Notes under the pieces: model-generated | Seen by the model: the letters and a program-made list of their open reading frames with translations, nothing else | Databases searched by the model: none | What the model was told of the DNA's origin: nothing | Shown: positions 26,501 through 31,804 of the stretch, piece after piece | How the letters are laid out: each line of letters starts with the position of its first letter | Numbering within the stretch: the first letter of the stretch is position 1 | Position numbers and translations under genes: made by a program | NCBI GenBank assembly: GCA_015233675.1 | Contig: JADFXH010000004.1 | Span: 72,492 to 136,491, forward strand | From: Candidatus Omnitrophota bacterium | GTDB lineage: Bacteria > Omnitrophota > Gorgyraeia > Zapsychrales > Fredricksoniimonadaceae | Reading direction: 5' to 3' | DNA length: 64,000 nt

Positions 26501-28410
26501 CTTTTTAAAGTTACTCCCTCTCCGTCTTGCGGGATATCCTTGCTTTTAAACACAGCGATGACCGTGCCTTGCTGTGAAAAAAGGCCTCCTGTCGCCTTTT
26601 GGAATTCTTCTTTGGTGGATTGAAATATGGCCGCCTTAAAGCCGCCTTCCTGACGGATAATGACAAGACAATACGGAGGCTTTCCCTTTTGCCTCGAAAA
26701 AACCTCTATTCTTTCTTCTGGGTTCTCCAGCCACGCAAGAATCTGTTTAACGCCCATGCCAAATTGGCCCATTTCTCCTCCGAGAGCATCAATACTGTTG
26801 GCCACCGCTTCAAGGATCGATTCAATCTTTGAGCTCCCGCTTTGATAACCAACGGTCCTGTCTAAAGCCACGTCCGGCTGGGCATCTCCTTTTATTTTTT
26901 TAATGATCTGTTCAGAATATCCAACCTGAGCTAAATGATCATAAACCCGCGTGTAATATTCATCTAAATTTTGGGTCCCCAAGCGCTCGCCTGCCTTAAG
27001 AATTCCCAGAGAAGATAAAAGCTCCTCCAGTTCAACTCTCGATAAACTCTTCAATCGTTTTTGCGCCTGTAAAAATGGAACCAAATTGAAATAGATGACA
27101 TTTTGCGGCACAGGGACCGATTCAAAGGAAACTTTAGGAGATTGGTGATTACGATTGGTATCTTGCGCTTGCTTCCCAAAACCTTTAATGGTACTGATAA
27201 TTTCTAAAGCCCGATTCTTTAAATTTGACATATCCAGCAACATGGCACGGTCCGCCACCGTCTGTATTCTCAAATAAGACGACATAGAAAAATCGAGATT
27301 CATCCCCCCGGAAAAATATTTTCGCGGAATAGTTTCCCGGGATAAAGTGTCAGTGTCTTCTTTAATATAATTGAACACGCCTCTTTTGAAGGCTTGAAGG
27401 TAACGCAGGTAAATTGTTTCGACATTGAGTGGGAAGGAATTTTCGTACCCAACTCCTGCCACTTTATTTTTATCTGCATACACCTGGGCCAGGATACTGT
27501 CCTTGATTTTCTTTTTGTACCAAGTAGCCAAAATCAATGAATTGTAAACTTGACGGAGTTTAGCAAAATTTTTGTCTTCGTTGACTTCCTTGGTCAATTC
27601 AGGGAGGACTATTTCCCGGACAATTTGAGCGCCTAAAGCGTTGATATCCTTGTTGATTGGCAAACGGTTTGTTCCCTGGGATGCTTTCAATTGCAACCCT
27701 CCATTGGTTGGCATTTGGTGCTTCTCAAGCGAAAGATAATCCTGCTCAAGCATGACTTTTAACTTCGATTCAACCACGTATGCCGTCCCTGCCTTGGCAT
27801 TCTCATAAACAACAGCCTTGTCAGGAATGATCCAAACTTTATTAAATGTGTTGACCGAAATATTGGTATTGCCGTACTTCTTGGCCGCCTGCTCATACAC
27901 CCGCCTCCAAAATCTTTTACCTACTTTATCTTCCGGATAAATTAAACTGGCTGTTATCTGCTTGAGCATATAATCTTCTGCTAAGAGATCTCTACCCATT
28001 TCCGTTAAGCCAAAACTATTAGGGATAATCCTGTCTTTCTCATAAGGAGAAAGGTTAACCCATAAATCTTTTTCCGGAATGGTAAGGCTGGCTAAAAAAT
28101 ATTTGATTAATCGGGTGGCTTCGGTTCGTAATTCTTGGTCGTCGTTGGGTTTGTTCTTCTGGGTTGCTTTCTCATTCAATGGTTCATTGGTTGGCGTATC
28201 CCCTCTGTCCAAAATAAAATCAAAACGGAAAGGGTTGTCGGTATGAAATTTAATGCCTTTTAAAATAGGAGGATCAAGCGGCGGACTTAAATGGACCATT
28301 ACCCCGGGCGCAGGCAGACGATATTCCTGGGCCTGAGCCATAGGCAGCGGCCCAAATGTATTTAACAAAAAAGCTGTCAAAATAGCTATATGAAGACATG
28401 GGGCTCTCAT
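20503..28410 (-). CDS. Giant (about 2,635-aa) signal-peptide-bearing mosaic protein: conserved N-module, degenerate GHKL-like module, WD40-like 8-blade array, canonical GHKL/Hsp90-like ATPase motifs, HExxH motif, conserved C-module
   Basis: Uninterrupted 7.9-kb ORF. The tracked start at 28425 is GTG; the ATG at 28410 gives MRAPCLHIAILTAFLLNTFGPLPMAQA|QE, a textbook Sec signal. Neither start has an SD. Motifs are located in the findings. Confidence 0.85.
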   Translation of the reverse strand: MRAPCLHIAILTAFLLNTFGPLPMAQAQEYRLPAPGVMVHLSPPLDPPILKGIKFHTDNPFRFDFILDRGDTPTNEPLNEKATQKNKPNDDQELRTEATRLIKYFLASLTIPEKDLWVNLSPYEKDRIIPNSFGLTEMGRDLLAEDYMLKQITASLIYPEDKVGKRFWRRVYEQAAKKYGNTNISVNTFNKVWIIPDKAVVYENAKAGTAYVVESKLKVMLEQDYLSLEKHQMPTNGGLQLKASQGTNRLPINKDINALGAQIVREIVLPELTKEVNEDKNFAKLRQVYNSLILATWYKKKIKDSILAQVYADKNKVAGVGYENSFPLNVETIYLRYLQAFKRGVFNYIKEDTDTLSRETIPRKYFSGGMNLDFSMSSYLRIQTVADRAMLLDMSNLKNRALEIISTIKGFGKQAQDTNRNHQSPKVSFESVPVPQNVIYFNLVPFLQAQKRLKSLSRVELEELLSSLGILKAGERLGTQNLDEYYTRVYDHLAQVGYSEQIIKKIKGDAQPDVALDRTVGYQSGSSKIESILEAVANSIDALGGEMGQFGMGVKQILAWLENPEERIEVFSRQKGKPPYCLVIIRQEGGFKAAIFQSTKEEFQKATGGLFSQQGTVIAVFKSKDIPQDGEGVTLKRLEQEIHDAFSPVKGPRIWTRFGFSEFRLVNGWEHKKVLAGLANLKHENAPEPKSRQNEPVIVVSLEPRILRVIDPGKGMDLQIMSRMLLPVDGGDKENKVMTTPEEIDAETQKTSLVHDPQGMGPSIIFARNGRVMSRVTLHPVIKTSILAGELMVDLGRLIRVSPSWDKIVLQRNQDEEPLKKGVLSLVRLVLHNDYSNEEKVKIINTLIGGLEGIAPGNKAVTDIINEVKNAVKTEMTSFISNLRKEGAIILPLRDGFDNFQMPQGQSVVFLNEGLFDWRGAEIKQLKEYLGASVLPMVLEATDKDSGNKIRNLILTVPFRPQVWQQYQARNFEDIMRIIKTQPLPVVRGDGYVIVPSQIGDLIVTLSEDDKKKEEKLELIKIIAEEDTANSYDLVKLEAAAYAAFGVKEEPSDKEKVKTNWKAEEDFLEWNDEKSYVTTKPYGPQEMNPKYNFDGERAKLGNFYKDINVKEYILKDVPIVAEDVAYKFRKLGKLELNNTLPKDLGDYLDSLGGEGRISSSTEPAKIWDSAMSALPKKIAFEEHIRSYTLADFEKEKRCTLVARDNTNILYRYTGKKTRYVLLRVNGREIEKFWSLAMPFGVEDGVIKRDALVLQEANGLRELSFNLGLLRNETNLGEPKPKVEATLKCPVWVESAQMFSNGRIMTSSLDGKTRIWREEKTGEWQLEARIEGNGAQILPDGRIMMSDLLGKTKILHEANPGEWQVESTLDGVSAQALSDGRILTSFQGKMMIWIKMDRAWKIDAEIDAVLEGIKAQMQPDGRILTANSDGGQVKIWSEVIPGKWEAMAKLEGRLGFRQPTQMLPDGRILTASYDGSEVMISRQLSPGEWQVEAIIDGYSGQILPDGRILMEDKNGIQVRIVSEINGKWQIEATLEGRAAKVLSDGRILTTSSDGSSKIWRETSPREWQVDATLVGHSSDIESVQILTDGRILTASRDTTAKIWNFLKPQTKEFQIRLNVSSEKSNEWRQKLSTAYEELIKFVPEDTLQINRSDYEDSFNFFYGLLRQRMEQVIEGKTSAESQLSSIDALVDDVAKTLHEIDKGLKDFWPEFFEENILSLQSHEREDFYHRFFKTLLQAAVVDGINTREDINDIIKIMAYGWSLDSPASIESAKAVYQLIESFKSKNMKDYPLLSKIVCSIQLTLRNKEVSAKNNLINQVNRIMNSEASEHYLELIFDTFKGTAWKVIEKAVAKDDFQSLGRLGSLLVFLTTKTDLVAEDVKTEDQEIEWQNIGEGIWLDQLDVWNSSAENGVRSVEDISLEHDRIASLNGEAVERIRQNIRSKIEGLRESGGYAAELAQNYLDAMVLARQKNPKRKGNMRVKFYFDPVEKEFVEEAQDNGSGAPNGQELALLIRKSNKYDLNTGQKGLMGMLAGFFGTGKFTQYAGVDSVEIVSRGERRVYSFVVEVDRTQGRPKLIKLGWRDRNAEEQTGFMIRRNKKASTIIPELEQMFAESAWKINAGFAVTDQDELELEINNQVRPVRVTGKDVLFQGAFYAPNLSSPDAAHDVLIEHGVFRIWEHHDPEIPSQIIDKKGLRVEDIALKEKFLALVPQRIRRIVDKMGIAIQIPLALYESRNGFAQEEEYLPFIQKYIALGIYRAMMSKHLSDESFTIDRIISSDFESKSSYNAAFNKNRNPLFVDGRHMFDIVNGINNELDQPQVASVSNKELETLRAWFDGEVSGLQKNSIKQFLALLEVDFNNEKGVKERGSLVLRRIKTLMQVSPRLASALAAATGRSMENANSMSDEHAIQREVMAETLKIIDITPIDDWIISPETDSEKQLLQIGLEFGKIFGIDDVLLAKSDAPFRGLFSDNRFLLNQSLAEGVSSAGGFSQKVETIVHELGHLLQIAKQSGSKVEKIVTRQDEGFNGWTHDDEFSQMMKWASFFILSKLSGTITPKKDSAMLKIEKGGIDLTAANMNLQTQNNGGEIKFHLDPAMLRQLQNAPGFVPVIINIQPMMDLRQFLGLNVQERVPAAS
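23599..24537 (-). repeat. Intragenic array of eight ~39-aa WD40-like units inside the giant ORF
   Basis: Eight protein-level repeats of (Q)xLxDGRILTxSxDGxxKIWxxxxPGEWQxEAxLxG. The DNA core AT(T/C)CGGCCATC recurs every 115-130 nt. Confidence 0.8.
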
Positions 28411-28543
28411 ATTACAAGTATGCACTATATATAATCTAAAAACAATGGGGACAGAGCGTTTTTGAGAAAGCGCTTCCTGAGATATTTCCGTCGATACGAA
28501 AAAATAAAGGTGATGGAATAATTTTTAATTGCCGGACTTGTCC

Positions 28544-28954
28544 TTAAGAGGAAATATCTCTGGGTAGGTTTGAATATTGATCTAAATCGCCATTGCCGTT
28601 GTCTTTATCCTTCTGCTTATCCATTTGGTTTTGCATGCCTCTCCAAAGGCTTAATTGGTCCGGCTTGAGATATTGAGACAATTCCTGGGTTTCTGCTGCT
28701 TGCAATCCCTGCCTTTGACTGTCAATGGAGCTCTGGTTAATGGATCCATCCTCGATACTTTTTTGGAGATCATAAAACGCCACCGTGTATTTTTCAATGA
28801 TCGGAGTAATATTAGTTACCTGGTCATCCTGTAAATCCAAATCCGTCTTCATTTTTACAATGATATCATTAGAGCTTAGCTGAGCCTGGGCAAAAACAGG
28901 CGTTGCCGCAATGGTCAAGACTATCAGAAATCCATAAATCGCTTTTGTTCTCAT
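28544..28954 (-). CDS. Small secreted LTxxQ-like (Spy/CpxP-superfamily-like) protein, paralog of 39625..40017
   Basis: The ATG at 28954 has AAGGAG 10 nt upstream. Signal peptide ...PVFAQA. Aligns with the 130-aa protein at 39625 through VFAQ, DI, L.L..DQV, PIIEKY, SI.SQ, E.QELSQ.L..DQL..W and MQ. Confidence 0.7.
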   Translation of the reverse strand: MRTKAIYGFLIVLTIAATPVFAQAQLSSNDIIVKMKTDLDLQDDQVTNITPIIEKYTVAFYDLQKSIEDGSINQSSIDSQRQGLQAAETQELSQYLKPDQLSLWRGMQNQMDKQKDKDNGNGDLDQYSNLPRDISS

Positions 28955-29013
28955 ATTGTATTTTCTCCTTACCTCTAAGCTCATTTATACTAATACGCAC
29001 ACCCTACCGGGCG

Positions 29014-29050
29014 CAAAGCAAAAAGCCCGACAGGATTTTCCTGACGGGCT
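29014..29050 (-). terminator. Rho-independent terminator after the CxxC mini-protein gene
   Basis: Minus strand: AGCCCGTCAGG-AAAAT-CCTGTCGGGCT followed by TTTTGCTTTG. Confidence 0.75.
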
Positions 29051-29081
29051 TTTGAATGATAGGACCAAACCACTTAAAATC

Positions 29082-29249
29082 TTAACGGCCGCCATCTTTA
29101 TGCTTTGAAAAACAGTCCTTGCAATAAACCGGACGGTCTTCCCTAGGTTTAAACGGAACTTCACACTCTTTTTTACAATCTGCGCAAACAGCTTTGTGCA
29201 TTTCCCGCGGGCCTCTGTCATACCCGCCTCTACCACCTTGAAAACCCAT
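29082..29249 (-). CDS. CxxC-x17-CxxC zinc-ribbon mini-protein with a Gly/Arg-rich N-terminus
   Basis: MGFQGGRGGYDRGPREMHKAVCADCKKECEVPFKPREDRPVYCKDCFSKHKDGGR. The ATG at 29249 is preceded by GAGAGGA. The 101-aa ORF overlapping it in another frame of the same strand is judged spurious. Confidence 0.7.
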   Translation of the reverse strand: MGFQGGRGGYDRGPREMHKAVCADCKKECEVPFKPREDRPVYCKDCFSKHKDGGR

Positions 29250-29359
29250 GTGCTTATCCTCTCTTGTTGATGACCTGATTCGCAAAACACCTCATTGCTA
29301 CTTTAAATTATCATCTTAAAACTGCTATCTGTCCAATGCTTTCTTTCGAATGAGAAATT

Positions 29360-30280
29360 TTAAGGCTGCTGACTTCTGTGAGTCTCCGATGTGCGGGCCG
29401 AAGCATGCTTGATCGTCCTCATCAATGCGGGATCTACAGCGTATCCTAATGCCGCGGCCTTCTGCAAATCATCCAAAGCTTTAGCATATTGTTTTAACTG
29501 ATAATAGACAACAGCCCGGTCATTATAGGCCTGCGCAATCTTAGGGTTCATTTCAATGGCAACGGTAAAATCAAATCTGGCTTGATCGAAATCATCCAGC
29601 TCAACATAAGCTTCCCCCCGATTGGCATAAGCCTCTGCGAAATTCGGGTTTAATTTAATAGCTTTACTAAAATCATTGATAGCATCAATGAACTTGTTCT
29701 GCCTATCATAAATGGTGCCGCGATTATAATATGCTTCTGCAAGTTTAGGAGCTAATTCGATACTCTTATCTAAATCTGCCATGGCTTGGGTTAAATTACC
29801 TACCTTGTACCAGGAAAGCCCCCGGTTGTGATAACTTTCTGCATATTCAGGATTTATTTTAATAGCTTCGGTAAAATCGAAAATAGCTTGAACTTCATTG
29901 CCTTGATTGGCATAACTAAAGCCGCGATTGTAATAGACACTGGCATCCCGGGGATTTAATTCAATGACCTTGTTATAATCAGCGATAGCTTGTGTAAAAT
30001 TATTCTGGCCGGCATAGGCATTGCCGCGATTATAATAGCCCTGCTCATCTTGAGGATTTATTTTAATCGTTTGAGTAAAATCTAAAATGGCTTTGGTGAA
30101 ATTTCCTTCTTTTTCAAATAGAATGCCGCGATCGTAATAAGCATCCGCAGAATTAGGATTGATCGCAATGGCCCTGTTTAAATCTTCTATGCTCGCGGGA
30201 TGATTATCAGCATAGACAACACCCAAAAAAAAGCCGAAAAAAAAAGCTGCCCCCAATAAAATAAACCGAAGAATCCTCAT
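29360..30280 (-). CDS. Secreted or membrane-anchored tetratricopeptide-repeat protein (about 8 TPR units)
   Basis: The ATG at 30280 forms an ATGA overlap with the OMF stop. N-terminal hydrophobic helix, then tandem 34-aa units of the form A.AYYNRG....G....AI.DF..AI.LNP. Confidence 0.8.
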   Translation of the reverse strand: MRILRFILLGAAFFFGFFLGVVYADNHPASIEDLNRAIAINPNSADAYYDRGILFEKEGNFTKAILDFTQTIKINPQDEQGYYNRGNAYAGQNNFTQAIADYNKVIELNPRDASVYYNRGFSYANQGNEVQAIFDFTEAIKINPEYAESYHNRGLSWYKVGNLTQAMADLDKSIELAPKLAEAYYNRGTIYDRQNKFIDAINDFSKAIKLNPNFAEAYANRGEAYVELDDFDQARFDFTVAIEMNPKIAQAYNDRAVVYYQLKQYAKALDDLQKAAALGYAVDPALMRTIKHASARTSETHRSQQP

Positions 30281-31779
30281 TGCTTGGAACTTGTCCATCC
30301 TCCACCTAAGTATTGAATAAGCAGCACACAAGCATTCATGCGTTCACCAAGAATAGTTACGGCAGTTCTTTCATTAGTTAATGCAGTCGCTTGAGTGTTA
30401 ATGACATCCAACGCGCTTACTGTCCCTGCCTTATACTGATTAGTTTCGAGCATTACGGCTTTCTGGGAATCCTTCAGCGCCTTATCCTGCACCTGTGCTT
30501 CTTGCGCCAATATACGAAGCGCAGCCAAATTATCTTCGACTTGTCCAAATGCTGTCAGCACCGTCTGACGGTATATTGCCACATCCGTATCGTACACGGC
30601 CCTGGCCTGAGCTGTCTGTGCTTTTCTTAAACCAGCGTCAAATAGGGTTCCTGCCAATGCCGGCCCCAGTGACCACAGCGGATTTGGGGAAGAAAATATA
30701 CGGGATAAATCCGAACTTTCATAACTGCCTGAGGATCCCAAGGTCAATGTTGGGAAATATGCGGATTCGGCTACGCCAATTTGGGCATTGGCCGACGCGA
30801 CTGCCCTTTCAGCGGCGGAAATGTCAGGCCTGCGTTCAAGAATTTCCGACGGGATACCGGCAGGAATGATGGGGACCGTGGTTGTTAGCGTCAGAGAAGC
30901 AATAGAAAAAACCGACGCAGGTTTACCGATGAGAACCGCGATCGCGTGTTCTAACTGGGAACGCTGTACGCTGATATCAATTGACTGAGCTTCAATCATT
31001 TCAAGCTGGGTTTGCGCTTGAATAACATCTATTTCTGCGGCAACACCACTGGCATAGCGATTTTTGGTAAGGCCTAGAAACTTTTGGTAAATAGTTTCCG
31101 AATCGTCCAGAAGCTTTTTTTGCGTATCCAAAGAACAAATCTGGAAATAATCTTGTGCTAATTCAGCTTGTGCGCTTAAACGGGCATTTTCAAGATCTGC
31201 GGCGCTCGCCTGGGCGCCGGCACGGCTCGATTCAACTGTCCTACGGATTCTACCCCACAAGTCTATTGCCCAGGAAACATCGCCATTTAATAAATTGCTG
31301 GAAACAGCATTCTTTGATGATGCGTTTTTTGATCGCGTATAAGAACCTGCAGCGCTCAAAGTTGGGAAAAAACCCGCGCGGGCCGCTTGCAGAGCCGCGC
31401 GCGCTTGGCTGTATTGAGCTTCAGCTGCCGCAATATTCTGATTTGAAATATTCAGTTGTCCTTCCAGCGCGTCTAATTTAGGGTCATTAAAAATTTTCCA
31501 CCACTCTCCTCTGATGGCATCATCTTGAGGATGAGCTATTTCCCAATCTGCTGATTCCTTATAAACCTTTGGGATCAGAGTTGTCGGCTTAACATACTTA
31601 GGGCCCACCGCACAGCCGGTTAGTAAAATAAGTAAGCATGATATAAAAATTAGGCCCCCCTCTTTTTTATAAAGAGGGGCAAGGGGGAGCTCTCTTGGGA
31701 TGATTTCAACTCCCCCTATCCCCCTCTTTAAAAGAAAGAGGGGGAAATTACTTAAAACAATTGTTCTTAGACTAAACAT
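30277..31779 (-). CDS. RND efflux outer-membrane factor lipoprotein (NodT family); start uncertain
   Basis: Lipobox LLTG|CAVGPKY, then the duplicated OMF repeat pattern. No in-frame ATG/GTG/TTG exists between the palindromes (31655-31744) and the lipobox. The first plausible start after the mdtC stop is the ATG at 31779. Confidence 0.8.
   Translation of the reverse strand: MFSLRTIVLSNFPLFLLKRGIGGVEIIPRELPLAPLYKKEGGLIFISCLLILLTGCAVGPKYVKPTTLIPKVYKESADWEIAHPQDDAIRGEWWKIFNDPKLDALEGQLNISNQNIAAAEAQYSQARAALQAARAGFFPTLSAAGSYTRSKNASSKNAVSSNLLNGDVSWAIDLWGRIRRTVESSRAGAQASAADLENARLSAQAELAQDYFQICSLDTQKKLLDDSETIYQKFLGLTKNRYASGVAAEIDVIQAQTQLEMIEAQSIDISVQRSQLEHAIAVLIGKPASVFSIASLTLTTTVPIIPAGIPSEILERRPDISAAERAVASANAQIGVAESAYFPTLTLGSSGSYESSDLSRIFSSPNPLWSLGPALAGTLFDAGLRKAQTAQARAVYDTDVAIYRQTVLTAFGQVEDNLAALRILAQEAQVQDKALKDSQKAVMLETNQYKAGTVSALDVINTQATALTNERTAVTILGERMNACVLLIQYLGGGWTSSKQ
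31655..31744. repeat. Two G/C-capped palindromes (CCCCTCTTT...AAAGAGGGG) inside the 5' end of the OMF reading frame
   Basis: 31655-31680 CCCCCCTCTTTTTTATAAAGAGGGGC and 31720-31744 CCCCCTCTTTAAAAGAAAGAGGGGG. Each can form a 9-10 bp hairpin. Confidence 0.8.
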
Positions 31780-31804
31780 GACATTGCCTTTCTTTTCAAA
31801 ACTA

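Noticed and set aside
20503-28425. Is the giant ORF a pseudogene, a fusion artefact or a polymorphic toxin / RHS / non-ribosomal peptide synthetase?
   Set aside because: There are no internal stops or frame breaks. There are no RHS/YD repeats, no condensation, adenylation or thiolation motifs, and no recognisable C-terminal toxin-immunity pair. It is kept as a genuine gene of unknown function.
28985-29290. 101-aa minus-strand ORF overlapping the CxxC mini-protein in another frame
   Set aside because: It runs through the terminator hairpin, lacks an SD and has no recognisable features. The CxxC frame has an SD, a conserved-looking Cys pattern and ends before the terminator.
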